Origin: a virus
Taxonomy: Duplodnaviria; Heunggongvirae; Uroviricota; Caudoviricetes
Virus record (IMG/VR): IMGVR_UViG_3300038345_000251
Location: 64,001-128,000 of that record
DNA length: 64,000 bases
Reading direction: 5' to 3' (one strand)
This document shows, in pieces, positions 50,066 to 59,302 of the stretch. Both the position numbers and the translations under genes were made by a program. Every line of letters begins with the position of its first letter. Within the stretch, counting starts at the first letter, position 1. The notes below the pieces were generated by a model that was not told where the DNA came from, ran no database searches, and was given only the letters and a program-made list of their open reading frames with translations.

Positions 50066-51766
50066 TTATTTTTTGTTTTTCCATATATAACATAAGCATC
50101 CACAATCGTAAATTCTATACCATTTTTGTGATAGACAGAATTTATGTTCAGACACATTTTTGGGACATCCATATTTTTTTATTAAAATACTTTTTCTTAA
50201 ATTAAATCTATATTCTCTTTTTCTATTAATTATATAATAGTAATTTGGTTTTGATTCATTGTATTTAGAAAAACCAAGCGTTTTATATAAACTACCTTGT
50301 GACCATCTTCTATCAGCATATGAAACAATTTCTTGGGGTTGATATTGATTAATAAAATAATTTAGTAATTTACTTGCCCCACCTATTACATTTGTATTAA
50401 GTTTATTACAGAATCTAAGAAGTTCCCATTGTGGTTTACCATTTCCAATAAAATGTCTTGACTTACCAAATGTCATTAATGATACTAATTCATTATTATA
50501 ATATAAACCTAATTTAACAGAAGAGCCACATTTACCTTGAAGATGATTTTTTTCAAGAAAAATAGATGCATCATGTGAAGTAACTTCTTTTATGTTACAT
50601 TTTCTTCCATATATTTTATTTTTTGTTATTCCAAATATATTATTAAACATTGATTTAATAATATCTTGTTTATAAATCCATTCATCTTCAAAAACATGAA
50701 TTAATCTAATTCCTTTCTTCTCACATTCAAGTGTCTTATTAAGATGATAATATTTATTTCTGTATATTTCAGAATGCCAATACAAACCGTCAAATTCAAT
50801 ACCAATATTATATTCAGGTATTAATATATCAATTTCACCGTTATTTATAATGTTTTTAACATTTTCTTTAATTACAGTATTTTTTGTTAAAATACTTTGT
50901 AAATATTTTACAATTTCTTTTTCTTGATTTGATATAACATTTCCACATTTAGGACAACCTTGTTTTAAATGTATATGATTTGATGGGTCTTGCCAAAATT
51001 CTCCATGTTTAGGACAAATAATACAAACTTTAGTGTTACCATCTTTATAATCAACTTTTGAATAATCATATGTATCACTATGAATCTCTTTTGCAATACT
51101 AACCCATTCTTTAGTTGTAAATTTTATTTTGTTTGTAACAATAACCCTTCCACATTTAGGACAACCTTGTTTACCTTTAATATGATTATTCATTGTTTGA
51201 TAAAACACACCATGTTCAGGACAAATAATAGGATATTTTTGTCTGTCATTTTTGTATTCAGTAATTAAACTATAATCATATTTATTACCATGAACTTCTT
51301 TTGCCTGTTCAATAACTTCACTTATTGTTCTTCTTTTAGAATTAGCAGATTTTATATACCTACAAATAGGACAACCTTCACCAGATAACAAATGACTTGG
51401 TGTTATGTAAAAGTCACCATGCTCAATACCATTTTTGTCTTTTTCATGACAAGTAACAATAATTTTTTCTTTGTTATTTTTGTAAACAGTTTTTTCAAAA
51501 CTATAACTTTTACAATGTTCTAAATTTGTTACCTCTTTAACAAAATCATTTGTTGTATACCTAAATCTATTTGAACATTTAGGACATCCTTGTTTTGAAT
51601 GTATGTGTTTATTAAAACTTTTATAAAACACGCCATGTTCAGGACATATTATAGGATATTTTTCTCTATCATTTTTATATTCAGTAATCAAACTATAGTC
51701 ATATTTATCACTATGAACCTCTCTCGCTTGTTTAATTCTTTCTTCTAATGTTATTATTTTACCCAT
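50066..51766 (-). CDS. Hef-like homing endonuclease (zinc repeats, Vsr-like nuclease, GNAT-like C-terminal domain)
   Basis: Four CP.HG.F...H...K.GCP.C-type repeats; EIDILIPEYNIGIEFDGLYWHS, IHVFEDEW; WELLRFC...GGASKLL...SYADRRWS. Confidence 0.8.
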   Translation of the reverse strand: MGKIITLEERIKQAREVHSDKYDYSLITEYKNDREKYPIICPEHGVFYKSFNKHIHSKQGCPKCSNRFRYTTNDFVKEVTNLEHCKSYSFEKTVYKNNKEKIIVTCHEKDKNGIEHGDFYITPSHLLSGEGCPICRYIKSANSKRRTISEVIEQAKEVHGNKYDYSLITEYKNDRQKYPIICPEHGVFYQTMNNHIKGKQGCPKCGRVIVTNKIKFTTKEWVSIAKEIHSDTYDYSKVDYKDGNTKVCIICPKHGEFWQDPSNHIHLKQGCPKCGNVISNQEKEIVKYLQSILTKNTVIKENVKNIINNGEIDILIPEYNIGIEFDGLYWHSEIYRNKYYHLNKTLECEKKGIRLIHVFEDEWIYKQDIIKSMFNNIFGITKNKIYGRKCNIKEVTSHDASIFLEKNHLQGKCGSSVKLGLYYNNELVSLMTFGKSRHFIGNGKPQWELLRFCNKLNTNVIGGASKLLNYFINQYQPQEIVSYADRRWSQGSLYKTLGFSKYNESKPNYYYIINRKREYRFNLRKSILIKKYGCPKNVSEHKFCLSQKWYRIYDCGCLCYIWKNKK

Positions 51767-51819
51767 ATGTTTCCTTTTATAATAAATAGTTTAAAAAACC
51801 AAAAACACCAAAAAAGAAA

Positions 51820-54372
51820 TTAATAATTTAAACAATTTTTAATAAATTGTAATCCAGCAAGACAAGTTTTAGAATATGTAATATCTTCTCTCCAATTATT
51901 CATAAACTTATTATAAAACAATTTAAGATATGTTTTTGAATAATTTAATACTTTAATTGGTACTCTATCAATTGTACCATTTGCTAATGCTAATGCTGTC
52001 TCATTTATATATGGCATTTGGTTTTCAAAATATCTACAATGTGTGCCAGTTGGTATATTACTTGTATAATGTTCTAACTCGGTATTTTCATTAATTTCAT
52101 TTGGCTTAATCTTTTCTTGCTTGTTATTAAATAACGAATGGTCTTCTGTCACTTCAATAGTCATATCTCCATCATTTATTTCATATATATCTTTATCTGT
52201 TTTATGCCTGTATATATAACTTGGTTCTACCCATCCACTTCTACATAATACTAAATAATTTTTAGGTGAATAATCATATTCTCTACCTAATTCATCAATC
52301 TTAATTTCCTTTTCATTAATAAGTTCTTCAATTGGTTTGATGTCAATCCAACCATTTTCTTTATATTTAATAAACAATGGTGTATCATGTGTAAAACTAT
52401 CACCAACAATAGGCTGATAACCAAGTTTACTGAAATGGTTAATCATTAAACGAAGTGACTGTCTTCCTGTACACGTAGTTCTTTCAGCACACTTAATTGA
52501 CTTCCAAGGATAAACTGCACCATTGTTTGAACCATATGCACCGAAAAAACTATTACAGAATACCTTTCTAATACTTTGAAGTTTATCTGCTGATGCAAAA
52601 CTTGTAAGTGCTTCGTGATATGAAATGTTATCTTCAGCATTTAATTTCTGTCCTGCATTGACAAATGCTTCAAACTTTTGAATAAGTTTGTCTGCTGCTT
52701 TTTTAACACCTTTATATTTTTCACGTGAAGTTAAGAAGTATTCCAAGAATTTAAGTGTAGCACCTGACAAGTCTTTCTCATCCTCTATTGCCCAAGTGAG
52801 AATAATTGAAGGGTAAAGGCTGTTGAAGTCAAGTTTGATAACGTTTGCTACATATCCTGTCTGTAATAGACGTGACAAACCACCTGTAAACTTACCTGTG
52901 TTAGATGCATATGGAATAGCCAAATCGTTTTCATAACTCCAAGCCATCATTAATGACTTCCACTGTCCAGCTGTACCCATAGTACAACATTTTTGAAATG
53001 GTAATGGAAGGTTTTTACAAATATTAAATGCACTTTGGTTTAGTGCTAATTCTACTTTATCGCATTCCCAAAGGTCATCAAGAAGGTATCTTTCAACAAT
53101 ATATTTACCATTAACTAAAGAATACCCTTCGTCAACATTGTTAAACTCAGGTATAAAATTACGTTTAGTTTCTCCGTCAAATTTAAATGGAGTATGACAT
53201 TTTTGATTAAATAAATACCAATCACCATTATCATTGTTAAATGCATAATGTTTTTCTAAGTCAATAAGTGTTTTATCAATTAAACCACCTGGTACATAAA
53301 CACGATTGTTTTTAACCAAGTCAAGATATTTAGTTGAATACTTTAAGTCAGCTTTTAAGAAACTACTATCAACTGCCTGTGCACGTCTAACTGCATGAAG
53401 TGAATCGGTAATAACAATACCAGGGACAATTGTTTGATGAAATGTTTCAACTTCACCACCAAGTTTAAGGATTGTTTCTTTAGGATTTTTATAAACTGAA
53501 GCACCTTTAAAATAAGGTTTTGTAACATCTTCAATACAAGTACCTAATTGTTTACACCTTTCAATAATAAACTCCCAGTCAAAGTTTTCACCGTTGTGTG
53601 CGGTAATAACATCAGGTTTAAATGTATATATAATTCGAAACATTGTATCAATAACTTTAAGTTCCGATTTATCCATTTCTTCTTTTGTTGTACCTGTAAT
53701 TCTGAAAATTCTTTCAAAATTTTGATATGTTACACCATCAACAGTAACTGGACGATTAAGTCTGATACCATTAAGTTTGATTCTATCTTTTGTTGGGTCA
53801 AGACCTTCTGTTTCCAAGTCGAATATCATTCGAAGAAGTTCATTGTAGTCTTCGTACCCTTTGAAGAACCGTTTACCTGTAGAAATTAAATACTGTTCTT
53901 GTGGTGTGATAGCCAGATATGGTCTATCAAGTTTCTTTTCGATTTTTTGGTTTTTGTCCTGATAAATAGGAAAACCTGCCTTTTTAAAGAAATCAAGAAA
54001 TGTTGTGTAACTCATTGGTTGTGTGGCATAGAACATATATCTATAACCATCACGCATATCTTCACATTCGTTACCATCATAATCTTTAATAGAAAGTTCT
54101 TTTACTGCGATTTTATATTTTCGCATCAAGATTTTCAAATCATTTCTTTTACCATTACATAATGCTAAACAAGCACTAAGCCTTGCCCACACAAACGGAT
54201 AAAAAGGTTGCATTGACATACACTTCATATCCTGTTCATTCCTATAGTAGACTTTAACGAAATCGTCTCTATAATTATATTCAAGGTTTACAATTCTTTC
54301 CTGTGGGTCATGTCCGTTAAGGAACGTTTCAATAGTATCTGTGTTAATTTCTTTACGTTTCAAATTTTCCAT
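51820..54372 (-). CDS. polB: DNA polymerase family B, N-terminal half, with C-terminal split-intein N-fragment
   Basis: FDLETEG, HNGENFDW, YLLDD (exonuclease I-III); LDFNSLYPSI; KVFCNSFFG; IVGD|SFTHDTPL (intein block A); EVTEDHSLF (block B). Confidence 0.93.
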   Translation of the reverse strand: MENLKRKEINTDTIETFLNGHDPQERIVNLEYNYRDDFVKVYYRNEQDMKCMSMQPFYPFVWARLSACLALCNGKRNDLKILMRKYKIAVKELSIKDYDGNECEDMRDGYRYMFYATQPMSYTTFLDFFKKAGFPIYQDKNQKIEKKLDRPYLAITPQEQYLISTGKRFFKGYEDYNELLRMIFDLETEGLDPTKDRIKLNGIRLNRPVTVDGVTYQNFERIFRITGTTKEEMDKSELKVIDTMFRIIYTFKPDVITAHNGENFDWEFIIERCKQLGTCIEDVTKPYFKGASVYKNPKETILKLGGEVETFHQTIVPGIVITDSLHAVRRAQAVDSSFLKADLKYSTKYLDLVKNNRVYVPGGLIDKTLIDLEKHYAFNNDNGDWYLFNQKCHTPFKFDGETKRNFIPEFNNVDEGYSLVNGKYIVERYLLDDLWECDKVELALNQSAFNICKNLPLPFQKCCTMGTAGQWKSLMMAWSYENDLAIPYASNTGKFTGGLSRLLQTGYVANVIKLDFNSLYPSIILTWAIEDEKDLSGATLKFLEYFLTSREKYKGVKKAADKLIQKFEAFVNAGQKLNAEDNISYHEALTSFASADKLQSIRKVFCNSFFGAYGSNNGAVYPWKSIKCAERTTCTGRQSLRLMINHFSKLGYQPIVGDSFTHDTPLFIKYKENGWIDIKPIEELINEKEIKIDELGREYDYSPKNYLVLCRSGWVEPSYIYRHKTDKDIYEINDGDMTIEVTEDHSLFNNKQEKIKPNEINENTELEHYTSNIPTGTHCRYFENQMPYINETALALANGTIDRVPIKVLNYSKTYLKLFYNKFMNNWREDITYSKTCLAGLQFIKNCLNY
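51823..52398 (-). mobile_element. split intein N-fragment (192 aa, Ser1)
   Basis: Starts immediately after GD of polymerase motif C; TxxH block B present; no terminal Asn in this ORF. Confidence 0.85.
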
Positions 54373-54439
54373 AATCTTATCAGTTTAATTAAGCCGACAA
54401 TCCATCGGCATCATTTATTCATATTTAGTTTTATTTTTA

Positions 54440-54447
54440 CAAAAATA
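54440..54447 (-). promoter_or_regulatory. Bacteroidota-type -7 box TATTTTTG upstream of polB
   Basis: TAnnTTTG match; also at 406, 15991, 43526, 50054, 57386, 61344 (minus) and 13572 (plus). Confidence 0.6.
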
Positions 54448-54498
54448 CAAAATAAAAACTAGAATATCAAACTATTTATAAAGAAAATATATAGTACT

Positions 54499-54804
54499 AT
54501 GAAAGAGATAAGATTGAATGAAAATACACTTAAACAAATCGTTGCTGAATCAGTAATGAGGATGTTAAAAGAAGGTTTAGCAACAAATGACCCAAATATA
54601 GATAAATGGTATGAAGCAGTACAAATTATGGGTGCTGAAAATATGTTAGATGCCTTATTCCAATATCTTGATGGAGATACCATTAGAGATTTCATTGATA
54701 CTTTAGATAGAGAATATGAAATTTGGGGATATGATGAAGATGAGGAATTAGACGATGAAGATGAGGAATTAGATAATGAAGAATTAAATAATGAAATTTA
54801 CTGA
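54499..54804 (+). CDS. small acidic putative head-internal protein with leader motif
   Basis: MKEIRLNENTLKQIVAESVMRMLKE; late motif at 54471. Confidence 0.65.
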   Translation: MKEIRLNENTLKQIVAESVMRMLKEGLATNDPNIDKWYEAVQIMGAENMLDALFQYLDGDTIRDFIDTLDREYEIWGYDEDEELDDEDEELDNEELNNEIY

Positions 54805-55555
54805 AAAAGATATAAGATATATGGTTTCTGAAAGTGTTAGAAAAATGCTTTCAGAAGCACAGACTGTAATTGATAATTTTGATAGAGCAGCAAAATTGTT
54901 AGATGTACAGTCAGATGATGATTTTCATTTTGTTCAAATAGTCAAAAGATTTAAAGACAATCCAAACGATAATAAAAGAGTTGGAAATTATCATGCTGGT
55001 GCTTGGTATCTTGGTGGATTTAGAGTACATAACGCACAAGAATTAATGAAATTAAAACCACAAATTATCAGTATGTGTCAACAAAACAATGCAAGAGCAT
55101 ATATGACAATCAATAAACGTTCTGATAAAGAAACTGATAATTTTATTAAAATTTACAAACAGAAATATCCTTCAAACGACCCAAGATATATTAATGCTGA
55201 CCAAATTGTTCCTGCACAAGCAAAAGATGGTGATAATTGGAAAGGTGTTAGAAAAAGACTTATTATTGATATTGATGTTCCAAAAACAGCAACAACCTCT
55301 GATGGTGAAAATATTTGGGATGAAGTACATTATCTTATAAATATGGTAGGTATTCAACCATTAGATGAATATGTTACACCAAGTGGTGGTTTACATATAA
55401 TTTTACCAGATAAAGAAGATAAAAGGTTTTTATATCTTAAAAGATTATTCTATAAATTTGATGATTGGCAAGATAAAGGAAGACTTGCAACTGTTCATCC
55501 AAATGTTGATTCACGAATAGTACTTTATTCAAATGTAACAACAAAAGGATATTAA
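54791..55555 (+). CDS. AEP primase-polymerase-like domain protein with leader motif
   Basis: MKFTEKDIRYMVSESVRKMLSE; LIIDID and TPSGGLHII (AEP motifs I and II). Confidence 0.55.
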   Translation: MKFTEKDIRYMVSESVRKMLSEAQTVIDNFDRAAKLLDVQSDDDFHFVQIVKRFKDNPNDNKRVGNYHAGAWYLGGFRVHNAQELMKLKPQIISMCQQNNARAYMTINKRSDKETDNFIKIYKQKYPSNDPRYINADQIVPAQAKDGDNWKGVRKRLIIDIDVPKTATTSDGENIWDEVHYLINMVGIQPLDEYVTPSGGLHIILPDKEDKRFLYLKRLFYKFDDWQDKGRLATVHPNVDSRIVLYSNVTTKGY

Positions 55556-55565
55556 TACATGAAGA

Positions 55566-55594
55566 AAAAAGCCTGTAAATTTACAGGCTTTTTG
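55566..55594. terminator. bidirectional terminator
   Basis: aaaaagcctgtaaatttacaggcttttt, a near-perfect palindrome. Confidence 0.7.
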
Positions 55595-56179
55595 TTATTC
55601 ATACATATCTTCATATCCTTCGTCTCGTACCCTATCTAATATTTTACCTAAAAGGTTTTGTCCTTTCCAATTGTCTTTATTAGCAATTCTATCATCTGCG
55701 TAACTAATTCCAACACCCCATATTTTATCAACAGGACTTCCTTCAACAAAATGTTTAGACATATACCTTGGTAATAGTAAACACGTTCTACAAAGACCAT
55801 CTTGTTCAAACTTTGCTTTTACGGCTTTGTACATTACTTCTTCTTTTATTTCATCCCATTTCTTACTATCAAAGTTTTTTACCTGTCTTCCAAAGTTTTT
55901 ACATTCTTTAGGTTCATTACTTGAAAGGATTTTCTCAGCAATCTCTTCGTCACCGAAAGTTATTGCTTTCTGATACATAAAGTATTTTTCAGATGATGTC
56001 CAATATCTTCCATCAAGATGAAAACGTGTTGGGAAGAAGTTTGAAAAGCAACTTCCCCAAAATGCCACATAATCATCATATTCTACAGAACCAACTAATG
56101 CTTGTTTAATTTGATTTTCAAATTTTGGGTCAATAGTTTGTTCGTTACTTATGCTTTCAATTAATTTATCAATTTTCAT
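55595..56179 (-). CDS. NADAR (YbiA-like) family protein
   Basis: FSNFF, SSEKYFMYQKA..FGD, GRQVKNFD, KFEQ, VEGSPVDKIWGVG, GQNLLGKIL. Confidence 0.92.
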   Translation of the reverse strand: MKIDKLIESISNEQTIDPKFENQIKQALVGSVEYDDYVAFWGSCFSNFFPTRFHLDGRYWTSSEKYFMYQKAITFGDEEIAEKILSSNEPKECKNFGRQVKNFDSKKWDEIKEEVMYKAVKAKFEQDGLCRTCLLLPRYMSKHFVEGSPVDKIWGVGISYADDRIANKDNWKGQNLLGKILDRVRDEGYEDMYE

Positions 56180-57355
56180 TTATCTACAATAAATTTTTCT
56201 TGTTAAGATTAATCCGTTTTCATCGAAAAGTTCATACATTTGTGCAGGTTCTTCATAGGAGAAACCATTACTAAGAGAAAATGTATTAAAACCAATAATT
56301 GAACCATTTACTGTTGCATTTGGAATTGATATACAACTATGAAAATGTCCAATATAAATTTTATCCTGATGGAAATTTCTGTCAAGTTTAAGACTTAAAC
56401 GATTTAAAGATGGGTAAATACCACATACTGTTCCATTTCCACTTGATTTAATTTGGAAACCGTGCATAAACATATATTTCTTTCCATCACTTGTCTGAAG
56501 GATTGCCATTTCACTTTTTGGAATTTCAACTTCAATTGGAAGTCCTGTGAGTTGGATTTCCTTTTCAACATTTTTATACATCAACCATTCATAAGACATT
56601 ACGTGTCCATTTGCGTGTTGTATTTTCTTTGTTGTTCTACTATGATTACCAACAATACCAATAAACTTAATATGCTTTACATTACTATTTTTAACAATAT
56701 ATTCAAGACCATTATATAACAAATTTTGTGCCTTAAATGTTGCTTCAAGTGGTGTCATACTATTGTTTTGTGCCAATTCTTCCCATATATAACCTGAAAT
56801 GGTATCACCCAATGATGCAAACACTAAACTTTCAACTTTATCTTCATTAAGTGCTTTCACAAGATTGACAAAGTATTTTTTTATTCTTTCTTCAGCAATC
56901 TCAATATTATATTCGTTTAAACCTAAAACACCATCTGCTTTTACAGTTTCTTCAATATGTGCATCAGAAAAAAGAGCAATTGCATATCTAGATTTACCTT
57001 CTTTTGTTGTTACATTAAAACTATATTGTTCAAACGGAAGTTCAGAAACAGATTTTGCTTCTATAAATTCCTTATAATCGTCAGAATTTACGATTCGTTC
57101 AACTTCTTTTTGCTCTTCTGTCTTAGGTATAGCAACCACTTTTTCTTCATTTTTATCTTTTGTTTCAAAATAATTAACGTCTTTAAGTTTATAGGTTATT
57201 CCCTGATGAACAAAGGTCTCACCCTTCTTAAGACGTTTAAGAATAGTACTTTTACTAATACCTAATTCCTTGGCTAATTTTCTTGCACTACTATATTCAT
57301 TTCCATAGTTATCAATTATGATATTAGCAGTACTTGGTTTTACATAATCATTCAT
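56180..57355 (-). CDS. calcineurin-like metallophosphoesterase with N-terminal HTH
   Basis: SDAH, LGD, GNHSR, HG, GHFH; SARKLAKELGISKSTI HTH; TACATTTG promoter at 57386-57393. Confidence 0.85.
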   Translation of the reverse strand: MNDYVKPSTANIIIDNYGNEYSSARKLAKELGISKSTILKRLKKGETFVHQGITYKLKDVNYFETKDKNEEKVVAIPKTEEQKEVERIVNSDDYKEFIEAKSVSELPFEQYSFNVTTKEGKSRYAIALFSDAHIEETVKADGVLGLNEYNIEIAEERIKKYFVNLVKALNEDKVESLVFASLGDTISGYIWEELAQNNSMTPLEATFKAQNLLYNGLEYIVKNSNVKHIKFIGIVGNHSRTTKKIQHANGHVMSYEWLMYKNVEKEIQLTGLPIEVEIPKSEMAILQTSDGKKYMFMHGFQIKSSGNGTVCGIYPSLNRLSLKLDRNFHQDKIYIGHFHSCISIPNATVNGSIIGFNTFSLSNGFSYEEPAQMYELFDENGLILTRKIYCR

Positions 57356-57420
57356 TTCTTTTCAAATTTTAAAAATTATTTTTTACAAATGTACAAAATA
57401 AAAACCAGAAAAACAAATTG

Positions 57421-57804
57421 TTATTCTAATTCTATTTCAATTTTTGATAATATTTCTTTTACTTCTTCTATTGTATTACCAAAGTGAAGTACACATCTTC
57501 CTTGTTCTGGATATTCATCTAAATTTGTGATATTTATCCATGAAAGTGCTACAATCTTATTAATAGCATATTCCATAGAATAACACGAAGTCTCTTCAAT
57601 TGTAGTGAATTCAAACGGTGAAAATATTCTTATAACTTTAGAATAAGTAGAACTATCTGGTGTTAAATCCCCTAAAGTATTTGGGACTTTTACATCCCAA
57701 TCAACACCCCAAACAACATCTGGCGTTTCACTAAAAAATAAATCGTATTCAAATTTACTGAATGGTTTAACATATACTAAATATAACTCGTTGTTTGTTT
57801 CCAT
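57421..57804 (-). CDS. hypothetical protein, paralog of the N-domain of 57806-58588
   Basis: Shared F.....VWG..., DL.P.S.T, C(Y/F)SM....KI..L, FG.T..EV motifs. Confidence 0.7.
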   Translation of the reverse strand: METNNELYLVYVKPFSKFEYDLFFSETPDVVWGVDWDVKVPNTLGDLTPDSSTYSKVIRIFSPFEFTTIEETSCYSMEYAINKIVALSWINITNLDEYPEQGRCVLHFGNTIEEVKEILSKIEIELE

Positions 57805-57805
57805 A

Positions 57806-58588
57806 TTAGTTTTCTACTTTACCATAAATAGTAACTTCGTCAATAGTTTCTAATTCTTTTTGGTCAAAACTGTCAAATTTTGCTATTTTTTCAATTTCAT
57901 CACCAAAAAAAGATATTCTAATAGGATTACCTGACTTATATGAGAATATGTCAATTAAATATCCTCTCACACAAAATTCTCCTTCATTAGAAACATAATC
58001 AACACGTTTATATCCATGATTGAATAATTCATCTATGATGTATTCGTGTTTAACTTTATCGTTGTTTCGTAATGTTAAAATATCTATATATCCATCAAGA
58101 CTAAGTGTATAATTTCCTATATCTTCGTCTTCTTTATTACTAATTGATTCAATTAAACTATCAATTATTTTTTCTTCACCATTTTCGTATTCAACAATGT
58201 TATAAAAAGAATAACCACAACTTTTTAATTTTTCTACAACTTCATCAAAAGTTTCACCAAAATCAAAACGTAATGGTTCATCGTTGTAATAAATAGTATC
58301 TTCCTCTGTTAGTTCAGTAAAAGCCAAAGAAATAATTTTATCAAAACAATCTTGCATTGAAAAACATCCGTTTTTCTTGGCTAAATTTAAACTTTTATCA
58401 AAATTTACTCTTGCTGATTTAATAATTGTGGTACTTTCAGGCTGTAAATCAGGTATAATTATTGTTGGGGCAACATTAAAATAGTCACCCCATACAGAAT
58501 CAGTATCATCTGTAAAATCAAATCTATAAATGTAGTCACCATCTATAGATTTACCTAAATAATCAACAAACGCTAAATATTCATTCAT
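57806..58588 (-). CDS. phage protein with a C-terminal UvrB/Mfd UvrA-interaction-like domain
   Basis: LFNHGYKRVDYVSNEGEFCVRGYLIDIFS...PIRISFFGDEIEKIAKFD..DQ. Confidence 0.75.
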   Translation of the reverse strand: MNEYLAFVDYLGKSIDGDYIYRFDFTDDTDSVWGDYFNVAPTIIIPDLQPESTTIIKSARVNFDKSLNLAKKNGCFSMQDCFDKIISLAFTELTEEDTIYYNDEPLRFDFGETFDEVVEKLKSCGYSFYNIVEYENGEEKIIDSLIESISNKEDEDIGNYTLSLDGYIDILTLRNNDKVKHEYIIDELFNHGYKRVDYVSNEGEFCVRGYLIDIFSYKSGNPIRISFFGDEIEKIAKFDSFDQKELETIDEVTIYGKVEN

Positions 58589-58983
58589 TTTTCTAAATTA
58601 CTTGGATGATATGGATTATTCATTAGTTCTGTTCCGCAATCAGTTTCTACTTTAGCATATTTTTCTTCCCATAACTGAAATAAACCTATTTGTAAGTCAG
58701 TATATGTAACATTTCTGCTATCATAAAAAGTTATACCATTAGTTTCTAACACTTTAGATTCATAAAATGTATTGTTCCCTCTATATATTCCATAACATTT
58801 TTTCATTACATTGTAATAAGTGCTACCAACTTTATAGGTTTTTGCTATTTTTTTACCTTTTCGTGTATAATGTTTTGTAACAAGTTGTGTAATTATATTG
58901 TTTGTAGTTTCTTTAACTTTTTTAAGAAATTTACAGTAATAGTTAATCACAATCCAATTTCTAATGTTTTTAAAAAGTTCCAT
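58585..58983 (-). CDS. hypothetical protein
   Basis: 132-aa ORF coupled in operon. Confidence 0.55.
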   Translation of the reverse strand: MELFKNIRNWIVINYYCKFLKKVKETTNNIITQLVTKHYTRKGKKIAKTYKVGSTYYNVMKKCYGIYRGNNTFYESKVLETNGITFYDSRNVTYTDLQIGLFQLWEEKYAKVETDCGTELMNNPYHPSNLEK

Positions 58984-59302
58984 AGTTTTCGTTAAATGTG
59001 TTGACTATAGCACTTAAAAAATGTGCTTCAGCATCTATACCAAATTTTTCGTCATATTCTTTTAAATTGTCAAGTTGTTTTAATGAATTAACAATTACTT
59101 TAACTAAACTTTCTGGAGAATAATCCTCTACAAGTTTCCCTTCACGAAAAACTTTACATAAAGTAATGAATGAGTATTGAATTATATACTTTTGAATAAA
59201 CTCATATAACTCATTAAAACGTTTTTCAAATTCTTCTTGTTTATCTTTGTCAATGTCTTTTAATGTTTTAAAAAGAATCATTGTTAAAAAATCTTCTTTC
59301 AT
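58970..59302 (-). CDS. hypothetical protein
   Basis: 110-aa ORF coupled in operon. Confidence 0.6.
   Translation of the reverse strand: MKEDFLTMILFKTLKDIDKDKQEEFEKRFNELYEFIQKYIIQYSFITLCKVFREGKLVEDYSPESLVKVIVNSLKQLDNLKEYDEKFGIDAEAHFLSAIVNTFNENYGTF

Noticed and set aside
49746-51819. Group I intron joining the two polB halves
   Set aside because: No P/Q/R/S elements found, the gap is filled by ORFs, and the C-half has its own promoter and start codon
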